From: a virus
IMG/VR virus record: IMGVR_UViG_3300032087_001284
Location: 1 to 31,591 of that record
Strand: one strand, 5' to 3'
Length of the DNA: 31,591 nt
In this document: in pieces, positions 5,565 to 14,010 of the stretch
Layout: each line of letters begins with the position of its first letter
How positions within the stretch are numbered: the stretch's first letter is position 1
Notes under the pieces: model-generated
Seen by the model: the letters and a program-made list of their open reading frames with translations, nothing else
The model's database searches: none
What the model was told of the DNA's origin: nothing
Program-made: the position numbers and the translations under genes

Positions 5565-5960
5565 ATGATTGAAATAACTAGATTTGCTTTATTGCCAGAT
5601 CGAACTTTGGGGAAAGCCGTTTATGGAGAGCATGTTTTTTGGACTATCGAGAAACCTTGGAAAGATAACGAACCGTTTATATCTTGTATACCAGAGGGCT
5701 ACTATCGACTTGGCAGGAGAAATTCGCCAAGATTCGGCCCAAATGTCTGGGAAGTGCTTGAAGTGCCTAATCGTACTCATATACTCATCCACGTTGCTAA
5801 TACTGCTGATGATGTCGTGGGCTGTATTGGGTTTGGGTCAAGCGTATATGCGGATCTTGGCGGCGTGGGAAGCAGCCGTAAAGCGATGAATCAATTCGAG
5901 CTTGCGAGCCAAGAACTAGAAAATGAGGAGCTTATAATCAAGCACAGTTTTATAACTTAG
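5565..5960 (+). CDS. DUF5675-family protein
   Basis: TLGKAVYGEHVFWTIEKPWKDNEPFISCIPEGYYRL...VPNRTHILIHVANTADDVVGCIGFGS matches the remembered DUF5675 pattern (T.G.l......t.E.p...N....s.IP.G.Y ... iliH.gN...d..GCi..G). Confidence 0.5.
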   Translation: MIEITRFALLPDRTLGKAVYGEHVFWTIEKPWKDNEPFISCIPEGYYRLGRRNSPRFGPNVWEVLEVPNRTHILIHVANTADDVVGCIGFGSSVYADLGGVGSSRKAMNQFELASQELENEELIIKHSFIT

Positions 5961-5972
5961 AGAGGAGGGGGC

Positions 5973-6494
5973 ATGCAAACCTTAGAGGTCAAATATTTAT
6001 CAGTCGATGAGTTGCTGCCATACGACAAAAACTCACGCACACATAGTGATTCACAAATACTGCAAATTGAAAAAAGTATCAAAGAATTTGGGTTTACGAA
6101 TCCATTATTGATCACAGAAAATAATGAGATAATTGCAGGGCATGGTCGGTTATCAGCAGCTAAAAATCTAGGACTAGATGCAATACCAACTATAGTTCTA
6201 TCTAATCTCACTGAAACGCAACAGCGAGCTTATGTCATCGCTGACAATCAATTAGCGTTAAACTCAGGTTGGGATATATCCTTGTTAAGTGAAGAGCTGA
6301 CAATGCTTGATGAAGTAGGTCTTGATATTTCACTTTTAGGTTTTGACGATAATGAAATTGCAGAACTTATGGGAATTTCACCATATTTTGAGCCAGCAAC
6401 AGAAAAAGAACAAGGTAAGTTGGACGAGTTAGATCCTAAGTGGATCGATTGCCCTCATTGCGGCAAAGAATTTGATTTGCGAAAGCATGGGTAA
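5973..6494 (+). CDS. ParB-like nuclease-domain protein with a C-terminal CxxC tail
   Basis: Strong RBS GAGGAGGGGG. LLPYDKNSRTHSDSQILQIEKSIKEFGFTNPLLI...IIAGHGRLSAAKNLGLDAIP is a ParB/Srx-type domain. It is followed by ADNQLALNSGWD...LGFDDNEIAEL and then CPHCGKEF. Confidence 0.75.
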   Translation: MQTLEVKYLSVDELLPYDKNSRTHSDSQILQIEKSIKEFGFTNPLLITENNEIIAGHGRLSAAKNLGLDAIPTIVLSNLTETQQRAYVIADNQLALNSGWDISLLSEELTMLDEVGLDISLLGFDDNEIAELMGISPYFEPATEKEQGKLDELDPKWIDCPHCGKEFDLRKHG

Positions 6495-7131
6495 AGTCAA
6501 TCTGAAAATAGACTGGGCAAGCCATCAAGCAGCTAAATATGCGTGCGAGAATTGGCATTATAGTAAAAGCACGCCCGTGCCGCCTTTAGTAAAAATAGGC
6601 GTTTGGGAAGATAAAAAATTCGTGGGTGTATTGATATTCAGTCGAGGAGCAAGTAGCAATTTATTAAAGCCATACAATTTGAAACAAACGGAGGGTTGCG
6701 AACTCACAAGAATAGCTCTGTCAAGTCACAAAACAAACGTTTCAAGAATTGTGAAAGTCGCAATCGGATTTTTGAAGAAAAAGAGCCCTGCACTGCGGCT
6801 AATAGTTTCATTCGCTGATCCGCAATACGGGCATCACGGCGGCATTTATCAAGCTGGTAATTGGATCTATGCGGGCAAAACATCAAAAGGGAAAGAGTTT
6901 TGGTTGAATGGTAAGAGGCTGCATTCAAGACAAGTCTCAGAAAAAGGTTGGAATATACAACAAGGCATGAAAAGAAAAACCGCAAAACCGTCTGAATGTG
7001 AAATAATCGAAACTGAAGGAAAACATCGATACCTTATGCCGCTGGACAAAAAGATAAAAAAGCAAATAATGTGCTTATCACAACCGTACCCAAAGCGGGC
7101 AAAAGAAGCAGGCGCTGCAGTACCCCTGTAG
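6487..7131 (+). CDS. GNAT-like acyltransferase, Mom-like DNA-modification family candidate
   Basis: NWHYSKSTPVPPL..IGVWEDKKFVGVLIFSRG...CELTRIAL...LRLIVSFADPQYGHHGGIYQAGNWIYAGKT. I recall this motif pattern for the acyltransferase family annotated as Mom-type adenine methylcarbamoylation proteins. This is not verified. ATG 6487 overlaps the ParB-like gene end by 8 nt; the ORF-track start is 6472. Confidence 0.45.
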   Translation: MGKVNLKIDWASHQAAKYACENWHYSKSTPVPPLVKIGVWEDKKFVGVLIFSRGASSNLLKPYNLKQTEGCELTRIALSSHKTNVSRIVKVAIGFLKKKSPALRLIVSFADPQYGHHGGIYQAGNWIYAGKTSKGKEFWLNGKRLHSRQVSEKGWNIQQGMKRKTAKPSECEIIETEGKHRYLMPLDKKIKKQIMCLSQPYPKRAKEAGAAVPL

Positions 7132-7165
7132 CACTGGGCGGTGCGACTCCGACCTGTCCGCTCCA
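7095..7165 (+). other. tRNA-like three-way junction ending in CCA (weaker relative of the 28680..28753 element)
   Basis: Closing stem GCGGGCA (7095-7101) / TGTCCGC (7155-7161, one G-U pair), then T, then CCA. Internal hairpin GCTGCA/TGTAGC with loop GTACCCC. T-arm-like hairpin with loop TGCGACT. It fails canonical tRNA geometry. Confidence 0.2.
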
Positions 7166-7174
7166 ATTATTAAT

Positions 7175-7528
7175 ATGGCCAGACCTCTGAAAGAAATAGA
7201 TTGGCAACAAGTAAATCAAATGTGCGCTATTCACTGTACAGGTGAAGAGCAAGCAGCAGTTCTTGGCATCGATTACGATACCTTGAATTCAGCCTGTAAG
7301 CGTGAACATAAAATGAGTTTTTCGGACTATTTCAAGCAAAAGGCCAGCCACGGCAAAATGAGCCTGAGACGGAAGCAGTATACGACCGCGATGGACGGAA
7401 ATACGACTATGCTAGTATGGCTCGGAAAAAACTGGTTAGGACAGCGGGATCAGCCAGAATCGGAGCCTGTTGATCTACAGCCCATAGTTATACAGAGAGC
7501 CGATGAAGCTGACCAAACCCCAAGATGA
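7175..7528 (+). CDS. terS: Terminase small subunit
   Basis: HTH-like N-terminus (QMCAIHCTGEEQAAVLGIDYDTL), then SLRRKQYTTAMDGNTTMLVWLGKNWLGQRD, a typical TerS signature. It lies directly upstream of and overlaps TerL. Confidence 0.75.
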   Translation: MARPLKEIDWQQVNQMCAIHCTGEEQAAVLGIDYDTLNSACKREHKMSFSDYFKQKASHGKMSLRRKQYTTAMDGNTTMLVWLGKNWLGQRDQPESEPVDLQPIVIQRADEADQTPR

Positions 7529-8717
7529 CATCTTCTTCAATGACTCGCGGTTCAGGGTCGTTGTAGCGGGTCGTCGATTTGGTAAAACCTTCTTATCAAC
7601 CTATGAGCTGCTGAAGCACGCGCTGCAAGGCAAGTCTCAGAATTGTTGGTATGTTGCCCCTACGTATAAGGCAGCGAAAGAAATAGCGTGGAACATGCTT
7701 ATTGACGCTATACCTGACGGTTACATGACCAAGAAAAACGAGACAGCGTTGAGCATCGATTTGCGTAACGGCTCAAGCATAGCCCTCAAGGGCGCAGAAA
7801 AGCCCGACAATCTGCGAGGACGGGCGCTAGATTTTTGCGTATTGGATGAGTTTGCTGATATGCGTCCTGAAGCGTGGCATGAAGTGTTGCGGCCATCATT
7901 ATCTGACAGGCGCGGAAACGCGTTATTTATTGGCACACCTAAAGGCAGAAACCACTTCTACGACCTGTGGACGAGGGGCGTAGACGGCCAAGAATCATGG
8001 GAAGCCTTCCAATATACGACGATTGATGGCGGCAACGTTGACCCTGACGAGATAAGAGCAGCCAAAAACGACCTTGACGAAAGAACATTTCAGCAAGAAT
8101 ACGAGGCTCGATTCGTCAATTACAGCGGGATTATCTATTACGCATTTAGCCGCGAGCAATCAGTCAAACCGTATAATGCCTCAGTCGATGAGCTACATAT
8201 CGGTATGGATTTCAACGTCGACCCCATGTCGGCAGTTGTCTGCGTTAGGAATGGCGGCACGTTGCACGCCATAGACGAGATCGTAATGTATGGCTCAAAC
8301 ACCGATGAGATGGTGGACGAAATCAGGCAAAGGTATAGGCAGAACGCGATCACGATATATCCTGATCCCGCATCTGCCCAGCGGAAGACTTCAGCCGGTA
8401 GTCGGACCGACTTAAACATATTACAAAACGCAGGGTTTCGGGTTAAAGTACGCAGTAAGCATCCTGCAATACGTGATAGGATAAACAGTGTCAACAGCCG
8501 ACTGTTATCTAGTCAGCAACAACGGCGGTTATTTGTTACGCCAAACTGTAAAAACGTAATCAACAGCTTGGAGCGTCAAACGTACAAAGAAGGCACCAGC
8601 CAGCCAAATAAGGATGACGGGTTCGATCACATGAATGATGCACTCGGCTACTTAATCGAATATATGTTCCCCATTCGCAAGGAACATGAAACGCCACAGC
8701 CTACGAGGTGGACTTAA
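7503..8717 (+). CDS. terL: Terminase large subunit
   Basis: Walker A VVAGRRFGKT, Walker B-like FCVLDEFADM, a C-terminal nuclease-like region (IGMDFN...DHMNDALGY), and its position between TerS and the portal gene. Confidence 0.85.
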   Translation: MKLTKPQDDIFFNDSRFRVVVAGRRFGKTFLSTYELLKHALQGKSQNCWYVAPTYKAAKEIAWNMLIDAIPDGYMTKKNETALSIDLRNGSSIALKGAEKPDNLRGRALDFCVLDEFADMRPEAWHEVLRPSLSDRRGNALFIGTPKGRNHFYDLWTRGVDGQESWEAFQYTTIDGGNVDPDEIRAAKNDLDERTFQQEYEARFVNYSGIIYYAFSREQSVKPYNASVDELHIGMDFNVDPMSAVVCVRNGGTLHAIDEIVMYGSNTDEMVDEIRQRYRQNAITIYPDPASAQRKTSAGSRTDLNILQNAGFRVKVRSKHPAIRDRINSVNSRLLSSQQQRRLFVTPNCKNVINSLERQTYKEGTSQPNKDDGFDHMNDALGYLIEYMFPIRKEHETPQPTRWT

Positions 8718-10090
8718 TGCGATTTTTAGAATATCAGCACCCCGATTATGACATACACGAGCAACGGTGGGAGTTATACCTTCGCTCATATCTAGGGGGC
8801 GAGGATTATCAGAACGGGTCATATCTGACCGCATATCTTAACGAATCAAAAGACGAATACAGCAGAAGGGTTGCATTGACTCCTGTTGATAACCACTGTC
8901 GCAATATTGTGCATATATATTCGTCGTTTTTGTGGAGGGTTCCACCTGTCCGCAATTTTAACGGCCTGACTAACAACCCCGCGCTGGAGTCATTCGTTGA
9001 CGATGCCGATCTTGATGGAATGAGCTTTAACAGCTTTATGAAGCAAGCACAGATCTGGTCATCTGTTTATGGGCATGTATGGATTTTGGTTGATAAGCCG
9101 CAGAGCAATGCACAGACACGCGCAGAAGAGCTAGATCAAGATATTCGGCCCTATGTGACCTTATTCACGCCTGAAAATGTATTTGACTGGAAATATGAGC
9201 GCACACCTAGCGGACGATTTGAGCTGACCTATCTGAAGTTAAGGGAATCAATCGACAGGGAAGACGCAACCACAACGGTTAGCTATTACAGGTTGTGGCG
9301 CAAAGATATCATCGAGTATTGGAAAGACGACGGTCACGCAGAAACCAAGATCGAAGAGATACCCAATCCGCTGGGCAAGATCCCTGCGGCATTTCTACCC
9401 GCAGCGCGTAGCGTTGTTAGAGGGATTGGTATAAGTGATCTAAGCGACGTTGCGCTAATGCAAAAAGCAATTTACCAAGAGCTTAGTGAGATCGAGCAGC
9501 TTATCAGGATCAGCAATCACCCTTCGTTGGTTAAGACCTACGACGCAGACGCGAGTGCTGGGGCAGGATCGGTTATTAACTTGTCTGAGGATAGCGACCC
9601 TGGCTTGAAACCTTTCCTATTACAACCTAGCGGTCAGAATATCGACTCAATCAGAGCAGCAATTAAGGATAAGGTCGAAGCGATCAACAAGATGGCGCAC
9701 ATGGGTGCGGTTAGGGGGACTGAAGCACTAACCCAATCAGGCGTAGCAATGCAGACCGAGTTTCAGATGCTTAACGCCAAGCTATCAGAAAAAGCCGATT
9801 TGCTTGAACTTGCCGAGGAGCACATCTGGGGTTATTTCTGCAACTGGCTAGGAATTACGCCTGACGTTGAGGTTTTCTACCCTGATGCTTTTGATCTGCG
9901 CGATTACGAGAAAGAGTTAATATTCTTGCAGCAAGTCAGAGCCAGCGGCGTGCCTTCTACCACTATGCAGCGCGAAGTTGATAAACAGATCGCTGACTTA
10001 GTATTAGACGATGAGAAGCTGTCAGAAGCACACAAAGAGATCGAAGCACAAACCCGCGTCATAGGACAGTTTCCGATACAGGCTGAATAA
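8717..10090 (+). CDS. Portal protein
   Basis: About 457 aa immediately after TerL. TAATG overlap at 8715-8719; the ORF track uses GTG 8708. Called from size, position and composition. Confidence 0.7.
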   Translation: MRFLEYQHPDYDIHEQRWELYLRSYLGGEDYQNGSYLTAYLNESKDEYSRRVALTPVDNHCRNIVHIYSSFLWRVPPVRNFNGLTNNPALESFVDDADLDGMSFNSFMKQAQIWSSVYGHVWILVDKPQSNAQTRAEELDQDIRPYVTLFTPENVFDWKYERTPSGRFELTYLKLRESIDREDATTTVSYYRLWRKDIIEYWKDDGHAETKIEEIPNPLGKIPAAFLPAARSVVRGIGISDLSDVALMQKAIYQELSEIEQLIRISNHPSLVKTYDADASAGAGSVINLSEDSDPGLKPFLLQPSGQNIDSIRAAIKDKVEAINKMAHMGAVRGTEALTQSGVAMQTEFQMLNAKLSEKADLLELAEEHIWGYFCNWLGITPDVEVFYPDAFDLRDYEKELIFLQQVRASGVPSTTMQREVDKQIADLVLDDEKLSEAHKEIEAQTRVIGQFPIQAE

Positions 10091-10971
10091 TGGCGGCCAA
10101 TGACGATTATGCTGACTTTTTAGAGCGGCTAACTGACGAACATCAGCGCCGCTTGTCTGGCGTATTGCAAACGCTAGAGGGCAATATTGCCTCCTACGTA
10201 AACAGCGCACCCGATACAGATGGACAACTGTTCGACCTTGAATGGTCGTTACAGGCTAGGCAAGAGGTCCGCAGGTTAATTGAAGTTGATTTCTTGCAAG
10301 AGGCGCAAAGCGTAATTGACGAATATATCGGGGTGGCTAACAGCCAGTTTGCAATGCTGTCTGAGTACGGCGCATTTACACGGGTAGCACCAGAGACCAT
10401 CCAAGCCTTGCAGCAGCTTAGCTTTCAAGGCTTTCAGGCCATAGCCGATCAGCAATTGGACACCCTTGCAACTGGGATCTACCAGTCAACGCTAACAGGA
10501 CGCAGTAAAAACGACCTTATCAAAGAGCTACGTGGGCAGATAAACGGCGTATACCAGCAAGCAGACGACGAAGAAGCTCGTCAATTGGTAGAAATAGCGC
10601 AGACCGCAACAGGTCAACGGCAGCAGGATGCAATAGATAAACTGCATAGCATCTATGCCCGAGATAGGCTGGGCAACAATATGCGCCGCTATGCTACGCA
10701 AATGGCAAACGATAGCCTCGCTCAATATAGCGCATCCATTACCAAGGCAACCGCAAACGAGGCGGGTGTAACTAAATTTCAATACTACGGTGATGTGATA
10801 CGTGACAGCCGTGAATTTTGCCGCAATAATGTAGGCAAGACGTTTACTGAGGAAGAAATAAACAGTAAATGGCAGGGATCGTGGGCTGGTAAAGCACCAG
10901 GAGATCCTTTTATAGTAAGAGGCGGCTATAACTGTCGTCACCATTGGCTCCCAATCGTGGAGGATGAATGA
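10090..10971 (+). CDS. Head morphogenesis protein (Mu gpF / SPP1 gp7 family)
   Basis: The C-terminal FCRNNVGKTFTEEEI...GDPFIVRGGYNCRHHWLPI is the Mu-F-like signature. TAATG overlap with the portal gene. Confidence 0.75.
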   Translation: MAANDDYADFLERLTDEHQRRLSGVLQTLEGNIASYVNSAPDTDGQLFDLEWSLQARQEVRRLIEVDFLQEAQSVIDEYIGVANSQFAMLSEYGAFTRVAPETIQALQQLSFQGFQAIADQQLDTLATGIYQSTLTGRSKNDLIKELRGQINGVYQQADDEEARQLVEIAQTATGQRQQDAIDKLHSIYARDRLGNNMRRYATQMANDSLAQYSASITKATANEAGVTKFQYYGDVIRDSREFCRNNVGKTFTEEEINSKWQGSWAGKAPGDPFIVRGGYNCRHHWLPIVEDE

Positions 10972-11228
10972 GCAAAGAATTAGATAGAGCTAGGAACCTA
11001 TGTGCCAGAAGGCCGATACCACCGGCGATCAGGCATCTAATTGAGCCGCTAGAAGCCAACGCGCCTGACAGCGAAAGCGCAGACTTTGCAGAATTGCACG
11101 CAGTAATTGATGAATTGCTGCCTATCGAAAAACCCAAAGCCAAAAGGAAACAGAAAGATGCCGAACCATTACGGACAGAAGAAGTCGAACAAGAAAAAGA
11201 AGAAAAAGCCGATGAGGAAATAAACTAG
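10968..11228 (+). CDS. Hypothetical protein (86 aa, charged C-terminus)
   Basis: ATGA overlap with the upstream gene. K/E-rich tail. Confidence 0.5.
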   Translation: MSKELDRARNLCARRPIPPAIRHLIEPLEANAPDSESADFAELHAVIDELLPIEKPKAKRKQKDAEPLRTEEVEQEKEEKADEEIN

Positions 11229-11287
11229 CTTAACCTAGAATTTATGGGTTAAACTTCCCGCAATACTCATTAGAGGATAATCGTTAC

Positions 11288-11944
11288 GTGAGCGAAGAAA
11301 TCATGGAAAGTGTCGAAACTGAAACGACCGAAACCATTCAGGACCAGAAGACTTTTACGCAAGACGAGTTAGACCGAATTGTTGCTGATCGCATAGCGCG
11401 AGAACGTAAGAAAGCGGAAAAGAAACTCGAAGGGATAGACCTCGAAGAAGCACGTAAAATCATGCAGGAGCGTGAGCAAGCGGAGCTGGAACGCCAAAAA
11501 GAACGCGGCGATTTTGAGAATATCCTGAAGCAGACCGTCGAAAAGAAAGATATGGAGATAACGGCGTATAAGCAGAAGCTGCAAGAGACCTTGGTCGATG
11601 GATCATTACTCAACGCAGCCAGCAAACATGACGCAGTATCACCAGATCAAGTATCGCAACTGCTGAAAGGACAAGTACGACTCGCTGAAGATGGCGGGGT
11701 TGAAGTGCTAGATCCTCAAGGTACGCCGCGATATAGCGAAAGTGGCAACATGCTTACAGTAGATGAGTTAGTTGCTGACTTTTTAACAGCTAATCCGCAC
11801 TTTGTCCGCGCCTCAACAGGTGGGACGGGAAGCAGAGGAAATGCTGGTGGCTTGACTCCGAAGCCTGTATCGGTGGCTGATATGGTCGATAACTGGAACT
11901 CTGGCGGCAGGGAAGCCTACGCTGCCATGAAGAAGGCGAATTGA
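11288..11944 (+). CDS. Scaffolding protein (candidate)
   Basis: Acidic N-terminus, then the coiled-coil-like FTQDELDRIVADRIARERKKAEKKLEG... It sits immediately before the capsid gene. GTG start 11288 after GAGGA; alternative ATG at 11303. Confidence 0.6.
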   Translation: MSEEIMESVETETTETIQDQKTFTQDELDRIVADRIARERKKAEKKLEGIDLEEARKIMQEREQAELERQKERGDFENILKQTVEKKDMEITAYKQKLQETLVDGSLLNAASKHDAVSPDQVSQLLKGQVRLAEDGGVEVLDPQGTPRYSESGNMLTVDELVADFLTANPHFVRASTGGTGSRGNAGGLTPKPVSVADMVDNWNSGGREAYAAMKKAN

Positions 11945-11980
11945 CCCAATTAACCCTAATCAAGTTTTGGAGAACTACCA

Positions 11981-12814
11981 ATGGCTGCTACAACTAGTAC
12001 AACTTTAGACGATTTATTCGTCAACATTATCGCTCAGGCACGATTCACTGCTGAAGAGCAATCCTTAATGATGGGTCTTGTTACCCGTTACGACATCGGC
12101 GCTGATGCCGGTAAAACCATTCAGGTTCCTAAGTATCCTGCAATCGCGGCTGCTGATTTAACCGAAGGCACTGATATGTCGTCAACGACTGTCAGCACCA
12201 GCGCGATAACGATCAGTGTCCAAGAAGTAGGCGCACAGGTCGTATTGACTGACGTTGCTGCAATGGGTGCCGGTAATCCAGCAGAAGAACTTGGAACTGT
12301 TCTTGGTAATTCAATTGCAACCAAGATGGACCAAGACTTAATTGCTTTGTTCGACGGTTTCTCAAGCTCTTTAGGTGCTGCTGCACAAGAAATCACAGTT
12401 GCTGATTTGTTTAAAGCGGCTGCAACCTTGCGTGCTAATAAGATCACTGGCCGCATGTCGGCTGTTGTGCATCCTTATCAGGCGTACCAACTGAAAGCTA
12501 ACCTGACGAATACCTTTGCCAATCCAAATGCCGGTGACGCGCAAAACACTGCTATGGTGAACGCGTATGTTGGAACGATTGCAGGTATCGACATCTACGA
12601 GTCTGCGAATATCACGATTGACGGTAACGACGACGCAAAGGGCGCAGTATTTGCACCTGAAGCTCTCGCTATCGCTATGAAGCGTGACTTCCAGATCGAG
12701 CCACAGCGCGACGCATCTTTGCGAGCCTTTGAGCTTAACGCTACTGCCGTTTATGGCGTAGGTGAGCTTGATGACAGCTATGGCGTTGAGATGTTCTTCG
12801 ACTCAGCACTTTAA
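11981..12814 (+). CDS. Major capsid protein
   Basis: 277 aa, A/G/T-rich, preceded by a GGAGAA RBS, located after the scaffold gene and followed by a strong intrinsic terminator. Typical of a highly expressed capsid gene. Confidence 0.75.
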   Translation: MAATTSTTLDDLFVNIIAQARFTAEEQSLMMGLVTRYDIGADAGKTIQVPKYPAIAAADLTEGTDMSSTTVSTSAITISVQEVGAQVVLTDVAAMGAGNPAEELGTVLGNSIATKMDQDLIALFDGFSSSLGAAAQEITVADLFKAAATLRANKITGRMSAVVHPYQAYQLKANLTNTFANPNAGDAQNTAMVNAYVGTIAGIDIYESANITIDGNDDAKGAVFAPEALAIAMKRDFQIEPQRDASLRAFELNATAVYGVGELDDSYGVEMFFDSAL

Positions 12815-12829
12815 ACTGCACCCTGAAAC

Positions 12830-12857
12830 AGCCCTGCAAATGCGGGGCTTGTTTCTT
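12830..12857 (+). terminator. Rho-independent terminator after the capsid gene
   Basis: 8-bp stem AGCCCTGC / GCGGGGCT (one G-U pair) with loop AAAT, followed by TGTTTCTT. Confidence 0.7.
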
Positions 12858-12869
12858 GCAGGAGATTCT

Positions 12870-13145
12870 ATGGCGATCACCTATCGAGGCGAGCGGTTTG
12901 AGGGCTACAACAAGCCTAAGCGCACACCAAAGCACAAAGAAAAAAGCCACGCAGTATTGGCTAAAGAAGGCGACAATGTTCGTCTTATTCGTTTTGGGCA
13001 ACAAGGCGCAGATACTAAGCCGCCAAGAAAAGGTGAAAGCGAAGCAGATAAAGCAAAGCGCAGGTCATTCAAAGCCCGACACGCTAAAAACATAGCTAAG
13101 GGCAAGATGTCTGCGGCTTATTGGTCAGCAAAGGTGAAATGGTAA
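12870..13145 (+). CDS. Small basic protein (91 aa), unknown function
   Basis: ATG 12870 after GGAG (12861-12864). The ORF-track extension to 12762 would run through the terminator and overlap the capsid gene 3' end. Sequence: YRGERFEGYNKPKRTPKHKEKSHAVLAKEGDNVRLIRFG. Confidence 0.6.
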   Translation: MAITYRGERFEGYNKPKRTPKHKEKSHAVLAKEGDNVRLIRFGQQGADTKPPRKGESEADKAKRRSFKARHAKNIAKGKMSAAYWSAKVKW

Positions 13146-13558
13146 TGGCATTTTCTCAAGATTCAGATCTAGTTGCTTTGATTCCCGACATACTGACTTT
13201 TGGCATAACGTCATTCGCAGACGAGCACGCCAGAGCAGAGGCTGATTTAATCAGGACCATTCGGAACGAGTGGTGGCACAAGAAAGGCATCAAAGGCGAA
13301 ATGGTATCGTCATATCTTACTGACTCACAATGGACGCGATGCAATGCTTACTTAGTGTTATGGAAATATGCTTTGCCGCAGCTAACGAACTGGGTAGACG
13401 GTGACAGATTTAAAGAGATGCTTGACTTCTACAAGGTGCGCTACGAAGAAGAAATCAGCGACATATTTAAAGACGGCGTTGAGTATGACGACGATAACAG
13501 TGGAAGTATTGACGACGACGAAAAGACCATAGTTGCCTTTGGCCGGTTGGTGCGATAA
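13145..13558 (+). CDS. Head-tail connector / head completion protein (by position)
   Basis: TAATG overlap at 13143-13147. Located between the capsid and tail genes. Confidence 0.45.
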   Translation: MAFSQDSDLVALIPDILTFGITSFADEHARAEADLIRTIRNEWWHKKGIKGEMVSSYLTDSQWTRCNAYLVLWKYALPQLTNWVDGDRFKEMLDFYKVRYEEEISDIFKDGVEYDDDNSGSIDDDEKTIVAFGRLVR

Positions 13559-14010
13559 TGGCTATCGCTGGGGCGTTGGCTCGCGGTCTTGGGATCAGAT
13601 TGCTGACTAAGCCAAAAAACGTTGAGCAAGTTACCACCAAGTCGCAAAAAGAAGTTACTAAAAACATTCCAAAAGCTATTTTGAAAACTGGCTTGCTGGG
13701 TCAACAGATAATAAAACAACGAACAGCGAAAGGTGTGGGTTTTGGTGGTGGATTTAAAGGCTATTCACCGCAGTACAGGGCGGCACTGTCAGAGCAAGGC
13801 AAGCCAATATCGCCTGTTGATTTGTTTAACACCGGCCAAATGCTTAGGTCTATGCAAGTAAAGCGCAGAGATAATCGCACTGCTGAGATATATTTCGACA
13901 ACAAAGAAGCGGCAGAAAAGGCAGCTATGAACAATAAAACGCGGCCTTTCTTTGGTTTCAATAGAGACGAAGAAGAAAGGCTAGGCAACTACTTTAGGAA
14001 GCAATTGTGA
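13558..14010 (+). CDS. Head-tail joining protein (by position and pattern)
   Basis: YSPQYRAALSEQGKPISPVDLFNTGQMLRSM resembles HK97 gp10-type or virion-morphogenesis proteins. TAATG overlap with the upstream gene. Confidence 0.45.
   Translation: MAIAGALARGLGIRLLTKPKNVEQVTTKSQKEVTKNIPKAILKTGLLGQQIIKQRTAKGVGFGGGFKGYSPQYRAALSEQGKPISPVDLFNTGQMLRSMQVKRRDNRTAEIYFDNKEAAEKAAMNNKTRPFFGFNRDEEERLGNYFRKQL

Noticed and set aside
5584-5889. 101-codon +1-frame ORF inside the DUF5675 gene
   Set aside because: I examined it because of the dual-frame methyltransferase. Its translation (MLYCQIELWGKPFMESMFFGLSRN...) has no recognisable motif and looks like an out-of-frame artefact.
7095-7165. Possible tRNA gene (T-loop-like GGTGCGACTCC, 7-bp acceptor-like stem, terminal CCA)
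   Set aside because: Only 71 nt including CCA. There is no D-arm. The T-arm is out of register by one base and has an internal mismatch. The T-loop has G where the invariant U55 should be. The anticodon-loop candidate GUACCCC has a pyrimidine at position 37. Kept only as an unexplained structured element.
11229-11287. Hairpin TTAACC-N11-GGTTAA with a TAGAAT box between the 86-aa gene and the scaffold gene
   Set aside because: A 6-bp AT-rich stem with an 11-nt loop and no U-tract. The -10-like box has no convincing -35. Not enough evidence for a terminator or a promoter.
12762-12869. N-terminal extension of the 12870..13145 gene given in the ORF track
   Set aside because: The extension overlaps the capsid gene 3' end and runs through the intrinsic terminator hairpin. 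A GGAG RBS precedes the internal ATG at 12870.
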